Shown piece by piece: positions 29,842 through 42,297 of a stretch of DNA of 64,000 nucleotides. The stretch's first letter is position 1, and the number at the start of each line of letters is the position of its first letter. The notes below the pieces were generated by a model. It searched no databases, was not told the DNA's origin, and worked only from the letters and a program-made list of their open reading frames with translations. Made by a program: the position numbers and the translations under genes. This DNA is from an uncultured delta proteobacterium (lineage in GTDB: Bacteria > Desulfobacterota > Binatia > UBA9968). The DNA lies in assembly GCA_963745835.1 (NCBI GenBank), contig CAVUZH010000019.1, positions 486,360 through 550,359 on the forward strand. The letters are read 5' to 3'.

Positions 29842-32800
29842 ATGCACTGCCTTCGTTGCCGGCATGAAAATCCCTCCGGGGTGAAATTCTGCGGCGAATG
29901 TGGCGCGCGATTAGAAGGGCTATGTCCTTCCTGTAAAGCTGCAAATCCCCCGACCAACAAATTCTGCGGCCAGTGTGGAGCGACGCTCGGTCAAACCGCC
30001 GCATCGAATGTCATCTCCCTTCAGGCGTACACACCTAAGCATCTGGCCGAGAAAATTCTCACTTCCAAAAGCGCTCTCGAAGGCGAGCGCAAACACGTCA
30101 CGATTCTTTTTGCTGACATCAAGGGTTCTATGGAGCTGCTGGCCGACCGTGATCCTGAGGAAGCGCGGAAGCTTCTCGATCCCGTCCTTGAGCATATGAT
30201 TGACGCCGTCCATCGTTATGAAGGCACCGTCAATCAAGTCATGGGCGACGGCATCATGGCTCTCTTCGGTGCGCCACTCGCGCATGAAGATCACGCGGTG
30301 CGCGCGTGCTATGCGGCGCTCAAGATGCAGGAGTCCGTAAAGCGTTACGCCGAGGGAGTCAGACGGAGCGAGGGAATACCCATTCAGATAAGAGTGGGTT
30401 TGAACTCTGGAGAGGTAGTGGTGCGCTCCATCGGAAGCGATCTCAAGATGGATTACACGGCGGTGGGCCAGACGACCCATCTTGCTGCGCGCATGGAGCA
30501 GATGGCGATGCCAGGATCGATCCTGATGAGTGCCAATATTCTTCGTCTAGCGGAAGGCTATGTCCAGGTAAAGCCTGTTGGCCCGGTTAACGTGAAGGGA
30601 ATGAGCGAATCCGTCGACGTCTATGAGGTCACGGGCGCAGGGAGCGCGCGGACGCGGCTCCAGGCCGCGGCTGGTCGAGGTCTTACTCGGTTTATCGGGC
30701 GGGATGTCGAGACCGAGCAGCTTCGCAAAGCCTTGGAGCAGGCGCGGAAGGGACATGGTCAAGTTGTCGCCGTAATGGGCGAGCCTGGAGTTGGAAAGTC
30801 TCGGCTGTTTTATGAGTTCATGAATTCGCACCGTACTGAGGGATGCTTGATCATTGAATCCGGGTCGGTTTCTTATGGCAAAGCTACTCCGTACCTGCCG
30901 GTCATCGACTTGCTCAAAGCTTATTTCAAAATTCACGACCGCGACACTCAGCGCGATGCGCGCGAGAAAGTCACCGGTAAGCTACTGACACTGGACAAGA
31001 CTCTGGAGCCTGCTATGCCGGCGTTACTGTCGCTCTTAGATGTTGCGGCGGAAAATCAGCAATGGAAAAACCTGGACCCGCTCCAACGCCGCCATCGCAC
31101 CCTGGAAGCGGTCAAGCGCTTGCTGTTACGTGAGAGCCAAGTTCAACCTTTGCTCGTAGTCTTCGAGGATCTGCATTGGATCGATTCGGAGACCCAATCG
31201 TTCTTGGATAGCTTGATCGATAGCCTGCCCACCGCGCCGCTTCTCCTGCTGGTTAATTATCGGCCGGAATACCGCATAGCTGGGGCAGCAAGACTTACTA
31301 TAGCCAGCTGCGGATCGATCCATTAGCTCTCGAGAGTGCCGAGGAATTGCTTCGAAGCGGTATCTGGGAGACGACGAAAGCTTGCAGCCGCTGAAGCAGG
31401 TTTTGATCGAGCGTACCGAGGGCAATCCGTTTTTCTTGGAGGAAAGCGTCCGGACTCTGGTCGAAACAAAAGTTCTGCTGGGCGAGCGCGGCAAGTATCG
31501 TCTTACGGGCCCATTGCGACAGCACGCGGTGCCTGCCACTGTACATGCGGTGTTGGCCGCGCGCATCGACCGGCTGTCGTCTGACGAGAAACGACTGCTT
31601 CAATCGGCGGCAGTCATCGGCAAGGATGTGCCGTTTGTCCTGCTCCAAGCGATCGCCGAACTGTCGGAAGAAGAACTCGGCGCGAACTCGGTCAGTTTGC
31701 AGGCGGCGGAGTTTGTTTACGAGACGCGCTTGTTTCCCGATCTCGAATACACGTTCAAGCATGCGCTGACACACGAGGTCGCTTATGGAAGTATTTTACA
31801 AGAACGACGCCGCACGCTGCACGCCAGAATCGTCGAAGCAATCGAACAGCTCTATCCCGATCGGTTGATCGAGCAGGTTGAGTTGCTCGCGCACCATGCT
31901 TTCCAAGGCGAGCTGTGGGGAAGGCGGCGACGTACTTACGGCAAGCTGGCGCCAAGGCGGCGGATCGTTCGGCGCACCGTGAAGCGGTCAGTTACTTCGA
32001 GCGAGCACTCGAAGCGCTCGAGCATCTGCCCGAAAATCGTCAGACGATCGAACAAGCCATCGATATTCGTATCGACATGCGTAGCTCGCTCCTGCCGCTT
32101 GGGGAACAAGCCAAAATTTTAGCACGCATGCGCGAGGCGGAAGTGCTCGCTGAGTCTCTCGATGACCAACATCGGCTCGGGCAAGTATCGGCCTATCTGA
32201 GTGGTTACTTTATTCAGGCGGGGGATGAGCCTACTCAGGCGATCGAGAACGGACAACGGGCCCTCGCGATCGCCTCGGCAACTGGCGATTTCGGTCTCCA
32301 GGTCCAGGCGAATCACTTCCTGGCGCGCCCATCCATGCAGTCAGGCGACTATGATCGCGCGATTAACCATTTCAGAAGAAATGTTGAGTCCCTGTCCGGC
32401 GATCAGATCTACGAGCGTTTCGGCTTGGTGTTTCTTCCTCGGTTGGGATCGCGTTATCAGTTGGTTTTGCTCCTTTCCGACCGCGGCGAGTTTACCGAAG
32501 CAGCCACTCATGGGAGCTGAAGCGGTTCGCATTGCGGAACTGGCGAATCATCCGTTCAGCCTTTACACGGCATATTACGGTGTTGGCGTATATGAACGTG
32601 AGCGAAGGGCGCCATCGATAAGGCGATCGGTGCGCTTGAGCATAGCCTGGAAGTTTGTCGGTTATGGAACATTCCTCAGAATCTTCACCCGCGTGGCGGC
32701 TGCTCTCGGTTATGCATATGCGGTGGCTGGGCGAGTTGGCGAGGCTTTGCCACTTCTGAACTTGGCGAACGAGCGAGCCATCTGGCGCAACCGTCGATAG

Positions 32801-33199
32801 CGCGTCCAGTTAGCCCAGGGTTATCTTTTAATTGGCAAGCTAGAAGAGGCGGCTTTGATCGCCAGCCAGCCCTTGATATTTTCGCGGCATCACGCGGAAC
32901 AGGCCGCGAAGCATTGGCACTCTACGTTCTCGGTGAGATTTCGTGCGGGTTGGTGCGCCGACGGATCTTCGAGAAGCGCGAAGAAAATTATCAGCCAAGC
33001 GATAGCTTTAGCCGAGAGAGCGCGGTATGCGCCCGCTTCTCGCGCACTGCCACTCGGGCTTGGAAAACTGTATCGAGCGCACCGGCAATAACGACAGCAA
33101 GCTAAGGTGCATCTCACCAACGGCGTCGCAATGATGCGGGAGATGGAAATGGGATTGTGGTTGGAAAGGGCGGAAGCGGAGTTGAAGGAATTGAGTTGA
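29842..33199 (+). pseudogene. Double zinc ribbon - class III nucleotide cyclase - AAA (STAND) - TPR protein, frameshifted in the 3' half
   Basis: CxxC ribbons, FADIKGS, GDGIMALFG, GEPGVGKS, FEDLHWID, TEGNPFF, FKHALT. Confidence 0.85.
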
Positions 33200-36100
33200 T
33201 GCGTTGCGCGCAGTGTCAGCACGACAATCCAACTGGGGCCAAATTCTGCTTGGAGTGTGGGACTCGTTTTGCTCTCAGCTGCACCAACTGCGGCACGGAG
33301 CTTCCCGCCGGTGCCAAGTTCTGTCTTGAGTGTGGGCAAGCAGTGGAGCTCAAGCCGCTGCCATTCAATCGCGCTTTGCGTCACCGGAAGCTTACACGCC
33401 AAAGCACCTCGCCGAAAAGATTCTCACTTCCAAGAATGCGCTCGAAGGCGAGCGCAAGCAAGTCACGGTGTTGTTCGCTGACATCAAGGGCTCGATGGAG
33501 TTGCTGGCGGATCGTGATCCGGAGGAAGCGCGCAAGCTTCTCGATCCCGATCCTCGAGCATATGATGGACGCCGTGCATCGTTATGAAGGCACCGTCAAT
33601 CAAGTCATGGGGGACGGCATCATGGCTCTGTTCGGCGCACCGCTGGCCCATGAAGATCATGCTGTGCGCGCTTGTTATGCGGCGCTGAAGATGCAGGAGT
33701 CGGTGAAGGATTACGCTGAAAGCGTAAGACGGACCGAGGGCATTCCCATCCAGATTCGAGTTGGTTTGAACTCCGGTGAAGTTGTGGTGCGCTCTATCGG
33801 CAGCGATCTCAAAATGGATTACACGGCAGTCGGCCAAACGACCCATCTTGCTGCGCGCATGGAGCAGATGGCGACGCCGGGCACAATCCTGATGACGCCA
33901 GATACCCTTCGATTGGCGGAGGGTTACGTGCAGGTGAAGCCTCTCGGTCCTGTAGCCGTGAAGGGCCTCAACGAACCCGTAGAAGTTTACGAGGTTACGG
34001 GCGCCGGTCCGGTACGTTCTCGGCTGCAGGCCGCAGCCGCGCGCGGACTCACTCCGCTTTGTCGGACGTGATCCCGAAACCGAGCAGCTTCAAAAAGCGC
34101 TGGAACAAGCAAGAGCGGGCCAGGGTCAGGTGGTCGGTGTTGTAGGAGAACCTGGTGTTGGTAAATCACGGCTGTTCTTCGAGTTTATCCATTCGCATCG
34201 AACCCAGGGGTGGCTGATCATCGAAAGCGGCTCGGTCTCCTACGGCAAAGCCACCGCTTATTTGCCTGTGATCGACCTGCTCAAGGGCTACTTCGATATC
34301 CTGGATCGAGACGATGCGCGGAAAATCCGTGAGAAGGTCACCGGCAAACTGCTCACTTTGGACAAGGCTTTGGAGTCTACTCTGCCCGCCGTTCTCTCGC
34401 TCTTAGATTTGCCCGTCGAGGACGCAGCGTGGGAGACATCGGATCCTCCCCAGCGTCGTCAGCGTACGCTGGAAGCCATCAAGCGTTTGCTTCTACGGGA
34501 GAGCCAGGCCCAGCCTCTCCTTCTCGTTTTCGAGGATCTCCACTGGATCGACTCCGAGACCCAAAGCTTACTCGACAGCCTGATCGAAACTCTCCCGACG
34601 GCGCGGCTTCTGCTTCTCGTTAATTACCGGCCCGAATACCAGCATGCTTGGGGAAACAAAACCTATTACACGCAGCTTCGAGTCGATCCGCTCCCTGCTG
34701 AAAATGCCGACGAATTCTTGACAGCTCTGTTGGGAGACCATGCAGCGCTTCAACCGCTAAAGCGGATATTGCTCGACCGAACCGAAGGAAATGCTTTTTT
34801 CTATAGAAGAAAGTGTCAGAGCGCTTGTCGAAACAAAATTCTTAGTGGGCGAGCGAGGGAGCTTATCGGCTGGAAAAAACACTGGAAGGCACACAGGTGC
34901 CGGCGACGGTGCAAGCGGTGTTGGCTGCTCGGATCGATAGACTTCCGCCGGAAGAGAAGCGGCTTCTCCAGTCCGCCGCCGTTGTTGGAAAGGATATTCC
35001 CTTTGTGCTGCTCCAAGGCATCGCGGATCAGTCTGCAGAAGAACTTCGCCGGAGCCTCAGTCGGCTTCAGGCCGCGGAGTTCCTCTACGAGACCAGTCGG
35101 TTTCCTGATCTCGAATACACTTTCAAACATGCGCTGACTCACGATGTGGCTTACGGAAGTCTTCTGCAGGAGCGGCGCCGCGACGCTTCACGCGAAGATC
35201 GTCGAATCTCTCGAACAACTTTATCCTGATCGCTTGAGTGAGCACGTGGAGCTGCTGGCCCACCACGCTTTACGCGGCGAGCTATGGGAGAAGGCCGTAG
35301 AATATTTGCATCAGGCCGGCAAGAAAGCGGCGAGCCGTTCTGCCGCTCACGAAGCAATCGCGTACTTCGAGAAGGCATTGCAGGCTCTCAATCATCTACC
35401 GGAGAATCGCCAGAAAATCGGACGAGCTATTCATATCCGGGTCGACCTCGGCCCCTTGTTGATTGTCACCCTAAGCTTTGCGGCAATCGAAGTGGAAGAA
35501 AACTATAAGAAGGCCCGCGAACTCTGCGAGCGGATCGGCAACACATCGCAGCTTTTCCCGATCTTGTGGGCACTTGCCAGAATGCATGACACCCGAGGGG
35601 AGTTAAGGACGGCGCAGAAGCTGGGAGAGCAACTCCTTCATCTAGCCCAGACAGCAGGGGATTCTTCGTTGTTACTCGAAGCTCACCACGAACTCTGGGC
35701 CAACTTGTCTATGCAAGGCGAGTTGGTTTCTGCGCGATTGCACATGGAGCAGGGCTTGGAGCTGTACGATCGCGAAAAACACAGGCACCATGCCTTTCTC
35801 TATGGAGGTCATGATCCTGCAGTATGCTGCGCCTTTCATTCAGCTGAAGTGCTGTGGCTGCTTGGTTACCCGGACCAGGCACTGCAAAAAAGTCACGACT
35901 CGTTGGAGTTGGCTCGCGAGCTATCTCACTCGGCCACGATGTCTTTTGCTTTGGCCTTTGCCGCCTGGTTCCACCAGTACCGCGGTGAGCGACAGGCAGT
36001 TCAAGAGCGAATGGAAGAGGGCATACGGCTGGCAACGGAACAGGGGTTCGCACTTGGGCGGGCAAACGTCAGGTTCCTTGAAGGATGGCTGTTGGCCGAG

Positions 36101-36583
36101 AACGGTCAATGGCAGGCCGGCATAAAACAGATGTCCAACTTTTTCATCGAGCGAGCGAGAGGAGCTTCCGGACGGTGGATGGCGCATTGTAATGCTTTGT
36201 TAGCTGATGCCTATAGAAAATCAGGGCAGCCCGCCGAAGGACTCGAGATTGTCAGCAATGCACTGGTGAGAGTGGACCAGACCGATTGCCGGTATTACGA
36301 AGCTGAGCTGCATCGAATCAAAGGCGAATTACTGTTCATGCAGAGCGTGCCCGCCGGAGAACACGCCGAAGCGTGCTTTCAGAACGCCTTGACAATTGCG
36401 CGCCGCCAGAGCGCTAAATCATGGGAACTGCGCGCGGCGATGAGCTTGAGTCGCCTGTGGCAGAGACAAGGCAAGCGGGACGAGGCGCGGAAACTTCTTG
36501 CGGAAATTTATGGCTGGTTCACTGAAGGCTTTGACACAGCAGATTTGAAAGATGCAAAGGCACTGCTTGATGAACTTACGTGA
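33199..36583 (+). pseudogene. Second tandem cyclase-AAA-TPR protein, several frameshifts
   Basis: TGATG overlap with the first copy; same motifs; ends KSWELRAA...FTEGFDTADL. Confidence 0.85.
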
Positions 36584-36601
36584 TGCAGGAGTGGACGAGC
36601 A

Positions 36602-36632
36602 ATTTTAGATTTTCGATTTTGGATTTTAGATT
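36602..36632. repeat. Heptamer tandem repeat ATTTT(A/C/G)G
   Basis: ATTTTAG ATTTTCG ATTTTGG ATTTTAG ATT. Confidence 0.75.
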
Positions 36633-36642
36633 GGGAGAAACT

Positions 36643-37641
36643 ATGAATCGAAGGCTTATGATCGTTCTGTCGCCCGCTATCGTAAAGACGATTCTTCTAT
36701 TTACTGTCCCACTCTTTGCCGCGTCCGCGCCGCACAAAGCCATCTTTACGTTCGGCGGTCTAAACGAGCGCAGCGGTGTGCTGTTCGTCGCCCGCGACGC
36801 CGGCATATTTCAGAAACATGGGCTCGATGCCACCGTGGTTAACGTTCGCAACGCCGCCGTTGGCATGTCCGCCCTGGCTTCGGGCGAAACACAGTTTCAT
36901 GTGGGTTCCGCCACCGGCTCTTCGATCGGCGCCATGGCCGGCGGAGTCGATTTGGCGTTCATTGCCGGTCTCATCAATAAACTCGACGGGACGTTTGTCG
37001 TCGCACCGAAGATTCGCGCGCCGGAGGATCTCAAAGGCAAAAGAATCGGCGTGCAGAGCATCGGCGGCGGTGTCTGGATGTTTACGATGCTGGCGTTCGA
37101 AAAATGGGGTCTCAACCCCGAGCGCGATAACATTCAGTTTAGAGTGCTTGGCGATCAGTCGGTGATTGCCCAGGCGATGACTCAAGGAATCGTCGACGGC
37201 GCTTATCTGGGCTACACGTTTGGCACGCAGATGGAACGCCAGGGCTACCGGATATTGGCCGATCTGGCCACAATCGGCGTGCCGTATCAGGGTCTTGGCG
37301 TCATGGCCAAGCGTAGTCTCGTCGATCGCACGCCGGAAGTTGCCGAGAAAGCTTTGCGAGCAATGGTGGAGTCCATTGGCTTCATCAACAATCCTGCGAA
37401 CAGAGCGTTGGTTCTAAAAAGCTTGAGCAAGGAACTGCGCCTGTCGAAACCTGAGGATGCCCAGGCCGGCTACGACGTGCTGCGCACCCTTTATGACCGG
37501 CGTATCTATCCCAATGCCGAGGGGCTACGAAATGTAATCCGCTTACTGGGTAACAGCAGCGAACAACTGAGGAAAGTAAAAGTGGAAAATATCGTCGATG
37601 ATCGGATCGTCCGCAAACTTGAAAAAGAGGGGCTCTTCTAA
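36643..37641 (+). CDS. NitT/TauT ABC substrate-binding protein
   Basis: Signal peptide; GIFQKHGLD, DLKGKRIGVQSIGG. Confidence 0.9.
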   Translation: MNRRLMIVLSPAIVKTILLFTVPLFAASAPHKAIFTFGGLNERSGVLFVARDAGIFQKHGLDATVVNVRNAAVGMSALASGETQFHVGSATGSSIGAMAGGVDLAFIAGLINKLDGTFVVAPKIRAPEDLKGKRIGVQSIGGGVWMFTMLAFEKWGLNPERDNIQFRVLGDQSVIAQAMTQGIVDGAYLGYTFGTQMERQGYRILADLATIGVPYQGLGVMAKRSLVDRTPEVAEKALRAMVESIGFINNPANRALVLKSLSKELRLSKPEDAQAGYDVLRTLYDRRIYPNAEGLRNVIRLLGNSSEQLRKVKVENIVDDRIVRKLEKEGLF

Positions 37642-37805
37642 AACGGAATAATGGAGTGGAGTGATGCGCTTAAACCAACATTCCAATACTCAGTACTCCG
37701 ACACTCCTTGCCCGAAACTTGACGCTTCGAGGGGCGCGGTGATACAGCTTCAATAGAAACCATCAGAACTGAATACCAATCAGGTAACACACAAGGAGGG
37801 ACGTT

Positions 37806-38868
37806 ATGGCTGGCTAATGGTGATAATGCGGGATTCGAAGTAATCATCTCTTCCGACTCTCATGTAATGGAGCCGTCTGAGATCTTGGTCGAGAGGGTAC
37901 CGAAGGGCTTTAAAGACCAAGCGCCGCGTTTTCCCCAGTTGAAACTCGGTGAGAGTTTTCAAACACATCCCGGAGGTTCGGATCCGACGCACCGAATCAC
38001 CGAGATGGAAACCGACGGCGTCAGCGCTGAAATCTTGTACCCGACGTATCTTCTGCCGCACTTTGCTATGGACGATGCCAAGCTGCAAGCCGCCTGTTTC
38101 CGGGCCTATAACGATTGGCTGATCGATTATTGCAGCACATCGCCCAAGCGTTTGCTCGGCATCGCCGCCATTTCGGTTTACGACATTGACGAGGCGGTGA
38201 AAGAGCTTGAACGCTGCGCCAAGGCCGGTGTGAAGGGCTCGATCATCTGGCAAGCGCCGCATCCGGACTTGCCGTTTCATTCGGAGCATTACAATAAATT
38301 CTGGGAAGCGTCTCAGGCGCTGGATTTGCCGGTTCACCTGCACATACTCACCGGGCACGGCTACCACAAGGAGTCGGTGTTCGGCAACAAAAGAACCGGA
38401 GTCGAGGCCTACCGCGGCAGCGTCAATTTGAAACTCAAGGAGATTATCGACGCCTTCTTTGAATTGATCTTCTACGGCGTGCTGGAGCGTTATCCCAAGC
38501 TCAAGTTCGTCAGCGTAGAAAATGAGATCGGCTGGATGCCCTTCATGCTGCAGCAGTGGGATTATTATTATAGGAGGTTCCGCGGCGTGAATCCTCTGCC
38601 AATCACCAAGGATCCCAGCGAATTTTTTAAGACTCAGATCTTTGGCACTTTCTTCCGCGACACGGCCGCCGGTCACAGTTTTGAATGGTGGGGCCAGGAC
38701 AACTGCATGTGGTCGAACGACTATCCGCATGGCAATTCAACTTGGCCGGAGTCGCGCAAGTATATCGACCGCGATCTCGGCCACTTGCCGCCGGACGTCC
38801 GTAAAAAGCTGGTTTATTCGAACGTCAAAAGTCTCTATGACATCGACATAGCCCACCCGGTGCAGTAG
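37806..38868 (+). CDS. Amidohydrolase_2-family protein (apparent GGCT duplication just after the start)
   Basis: GGAGG RBS; corrected N-terminus MANGDNAGFEVIISSDSHVMEP; LPVHLH, VENEIGW, WSNDYPH. Confidence 0.85.
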
Positions 38869-38974
38869 GAGCGCGTTTGCTGATGTGAACGATCGGCGCG
38901 CTTGTAGACGAAAAAAGTCTGCCGGCGCGCTTTTTTTTTCGGCGATGATATGCGCAAGTGCGCACGAACAAAAA

Positions 38975-39132
38975 AAATCGAAGCACGAAATCCGAAATTC
39001 GAAACAAATCCAAATAGTAAAATCTGCAAATTCCTAAACAAGCGTCGTTCGATTGGGCGGTTTCTGGATTTCCGGATTGGAAATTTGCTTTATCCGAATT
39101 TTTTCGGATTTCGATATTCGGATTTCGAATTT
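38975..39132. repeat. Inverted arrays of heptamer repeats (AAATCCG/CGGATTT)
   Basis: aaatccgaaattcgaaa on the left and tttcggatttcgatattcggatttcgaattt on the right. Confidence 0.75.
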
Positions 39133-39158
39133 GTTTTCAATCGAAATGAGGAGGTTTT

Positions 39159-40907
39159 ATGCCGGCACGGTATGGTTCCGATCTGGTCGTCGATCTGCTC
39201 AAAGTTCTCGGCATCGAATACGTCGCGCTCAATCCAGGCTCGAGCTTTCGCGGTATCCATGATTCTCTGGTGAATTACGAAAGCGGCCGCACGCCGAATC
39301 CGGAAATGATTCTCTGCTGCCACGAAGAGATCGCCGTGGCGGTGGCGCACGGCTACGCTAAGGCGACTGGGAAAATTATGCCGGCCATCGTGCACAACGT
39401 CGTCGGCCTGCAGCACGCTTCCATGGCAATTTACAATGCCTGGTGCGACCACACCCCGGTGATGGTCATGGGCGGCACCGGGCCGATGAACTCGAGCAAG
39501 CGACGGCCTTGGATCGACTGGATTCACACCGCGCACGTGCAAGGCAATCTGGTGCGCGACTTCGTCAAATGGGACGACCAACCGGTGGGAGTCGAGGCTT
39601 TTCCGTCGTCGATCATGCGCGGCTATCGCATCGCCATGAGCGATCCCGGCGGTCCGGTCTACCTCTGTTTCGACGTGACCGATCAGGAGGCGGCGATCGA
39701 TAAGGAAATTCCGCTGCCCGATCCGAAACGATTTCGTCCAGCGGCGCCCCTGCAAGCCGATTACGACGCGATCAAAGAAGCCGCTCAGCTACTCTCGACG
39801 GCGCAAAACCCGGTGATCCTTGCCGATTACGTCGGGCGCAATAACGAAGCGGTGATGAGTCTAGTGGCGCTGGCCGACCTGTTGTCGATTCCGGTAATCG
39901 ATTTCGGCGCGCGCTTGAACTTTCCCAACACTCATTCTTTGAATCTCACCGGCAGAAATCGTGAACTGATCGCCAACGCTGATGTGATCATGGGTTTGGA
40001 CATGACCGATCTTTACGGCGCGCTGGTGCGCTCCGATCCAAACACGCACGCCAACGTTCCAGCGACCAAACCCGGCTGCAAAGTGATCAATGTCACGCTC
40101 AAAGATATCGTAGTTCGCAGCTGGACCAGCGACTTTCAGGAACTGGCGCCGGTGGACGTGCCAATCGTCGCTAATACCAGAGTCTTTCTCCCCGCCCTCG
40201 CCGAGGAGATCAAAAAACAAGGAAAGTTTTCCAAGAGCGTGGTCGACGACCGGCGCAAAGCGATGGCGGGCCAGCATGAAGAAGTGCACGCGCGCTGGCA
40301 GGCCGACTTGAAGAAGCGTTGGGATGAGCGGCCCATCGCGCCGCCCCGTCTCGCCTACGAAATTTGGGAAGCGCTGAAAAAAGAAGACTGGCTACTGGTC
40401 GCCGGAGCCTTTCGCGGCTGGCCAAGCCGGCTATGGACCTGGGACAAGCCCGGACTGTTTCTCGGCGGCTATGGCGGCGGCGGCTTGGGCTATGGGCCGG
40501 CTGCATCTGTCGGCGCATCTCTGCCGTACCGCGGCACGGGCAAGATCTGCGTCAACCTGCAGCGCGACGGCGAGATGCTGTACACGCCAAGTGCCCTGTG
40601 GACCGCCGCCAACACCGGCGTGCCGCTGCTGACGGTGATGACCAATAACCGTGTTTACTACAATGACGTGGAGCATCAAGAAAAAGTTGCGATTCACCGC
40701 GGCCGGCCGGTGGAAAACAAGCTCGTGGGTATGGAGATGGCCAAACCGCCGGTAGATTTTGCCAATCTGGCTCGCACCTTCAGTGTTCATGGCGAGGGAC
40801 CGATCACCGAACCGGAACAGATTCGGCCGGCGGTGGAACGGGCGATCAAGGTCATCAAGGAAGAGAAGCGGCCGGCCTTGGTCGATGTGTATATGCAGAT
40901 GGTTTGA
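39159..40907 (+). CDS. Thiamine diphosphate-dependent enzyme (ALS/benzoylformate decarboxylase-like)
   Basis: NPGSSFRG.HDS, HEEIAVAVAHGY, RDGEMLY...NN ThDP motif. Confidence 0.9.
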   Translation: MPARYGSDLVVDLLKVLGIEYVALNPGSSFRGIHDSLVNYESGRTPNPEMILCCHEEIAVAVAHGYAKATGKIMPAIVHNVVGLQHASMAIYNAWCDHTPVMVMGGTGPMNSSKRRPWIDWIHTAHVQGNLVRDFVKWDDQPVGVEAFPSSIMRGYRIAMSDPGGPVYLCFDVTDQEAAIDKEIPLPDPKRFRPAAPLQADYDAIKEAAQLLSTAQNPVILADYVGRNNEAVMSLVALADLLSIPVIDFGARLNFPNTHSLNLTGRNRELIANADVIMGLDMTDLYGALVRSDPNTHANVPATKPGCKVINVTLKDIVVRSWTSDFQELAPVDVPIVANTRVFLPALAEEIKKQGKFSKSVVDDRRKAMAGQHEEVHARWQADLKKRWDERPIAPPRLAYEIWEALKKEDWLLVAGAFRGWPSRLWTWDKPGLFLGGYGGGGLGYGPAASVGASLPYRGTGKICVNLQRDGEMLYTPSALWTAANTGVPLLTVMTNNRVYYNDVEHQEKVAIHRGRPVENKLVGMEMAKPPVDFANLARTFSVHGEGPITEPEQIRPAVERAIKVIKEEKRPALVDVYMQMV

Positions 40908-40970
40908 TTCAAATAGTCCAGTCGTTCCAATTTTTCCAAGTGTTCCAATCGTTTGATTGGAGGTGATTTC

Positions 40971-41981
40971 ATGGTGCGATTCAAATTCAATTTCGCGATA
41001 GCGGTGGTGCTTTCGCTGTTAACCCTCGGCGCTTCAGTGTCGGCGCAAAATAAGCCGCTGAAAAAGATTCGCGTCGGCGTGCCTTCCGTCGGTATGGGCA
41101 ACATCATCATCTTTGTCACCAAGGAGGGTAGGCTGTTCGAGAAGTACGGGCTCGACGCCGAGGTGATTACGGTCATGGGCTCAGGGATCGGCTCGAAAGC
41201 ACTGATCAGCGGCAATCTGGACATCATTCCCATCGCCACGCCGACGGTCATCGCGGCCAATCTTGCCGGCGCCGACATGGCGATCTTGGCGCACACCATG
41301 CCCGCCGTGGTTCACGCCTTGATGGTCCGGCCGGAGATCAAAAAGCCGGAGGATTTAAAAGGCAAAAAGATCGGCGTCTCGAGCTTGGGATCGCTTACGG
41401 ATTTTTTGGTGCGCTCGATCGCAAAAAAGAAGGGACTTAATCCTGATCGCGACATCACTCTGGTCACGACCGGCGGCAGCGATACCGAGCGGGTCATGGC
41501 GCTCAAGGCCGGCGCGGTCGAGGCGACGGCGGTGTCGCATCCCGGCTACGGCTTGGCGCGGAAAATGGGCTACAGCATGCTGTGGGATTCGGCCAAGGAG
41601 CTCAACTATCCATGGATGGAAATCACCACGCGCCGGGCGGCCATCAAAAGCGATCGGGAACTGATCACAAACTACATGAAGGCGCACCTGGAAGGCATCG
41701 CGTTGTTCAAAACCAATCGCGATTTCGGCATCAAGGTCATCAAAAAGTACCTGAAAACGTCCGACGATGATTTGGTTAACGAATCCTACGACATCTTTTC
41801 AAAGATGTTTCTGCCCACTCCGTACCCCAATCATCCCGGGATGAAAATCAGCTATGAGTACGTCGCGATGACGCGCAACGACAACGAGGTTTGGAACCAT
41901 AAACCTGAGGCGTTCACCGATTCGAGTTTCGTCGCCGAGCTCGACAAGAGCGGCTTCATCAAGAGGCTCTACGAGAAGTAA
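40971..41981 (+). CDS. NitT/TauT ABC substrate-binding protein
   Basis: GGAGGT RBS; signal peptide; LKGKKIGVSSLGSLTDF. Confidence 0.9.
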   Translation: MVRFKFNFAIAVVLSLLTLGASVSAQNKPLKKIRVGVPSVGMGNIIIFVTKEGRLFEKYGLDAEVITVMGSGIGSKALISGNLDIIPIATPTVIAANLAGADMAILAHTMPAVVHALMVRPEIKKPEDLKGKKIGVSSLGSLTDFLVRSIAKKKGLNPDRDITLVTTGGSDTERVMALKAGAVEATAVSHPGYGLARKMGYSMLWDSAKELNYPWMEITTRRAAIKSDRELITNYMKAHLEGIALFKTNRDFGIKVIKKYLKTSDDDLVNESYDIFSKMFLPTPYPNHPGMKISYEYVAMTRNDNEVWNHKPEAFTDSSFVAELDKSGFIKRLYEK

Positions 41982-42297
41982 GTTGGTCCGCAAGATCTGG
42001 TTGGGAAGAGGATTAAGAACTTCTCGAGAGTCGTGGGCCAGGCAGTCTGATTTCGATGATAGATGTGGGGGTGCCTCAGGGCGTTAGCTCACATCCAGAT
42101 AACCGGTTAACCCGGTGGTCCGCCGATTGACGCATGAGCCGATACCAGGAAAAGAATGATCCATCACTCGCGTCGAGCAAGCTTGATCTTTCAAGCAGTC
42201 TCTTGCTTTTGTTCAGAAGATTTCCGTCAGAATAATTGCGGCATTTGCAAAGCTGTCGAGCGCTGAAGTAGCATCTAGGGAGAGGAGATAACTCCGT

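Noticed and set aside
31270-35190. Programmed frameshifting in the cyclase genes
   Set aside because: The indels are numerous, scattered and without consistent slippery sites. Sequencing error or decay is more likely.
37804-38730. 308-aa antisense ORF, and similar shadows such as 48282-48962 and 55076-55765
   Set aside because: These lie opposite well-supported genes, as expected in GC-rich DNA.
38835-39273. Short ORFs on both strands
   Set aside because: They are translations of heptamer repeats and a terminator-like hairpin.
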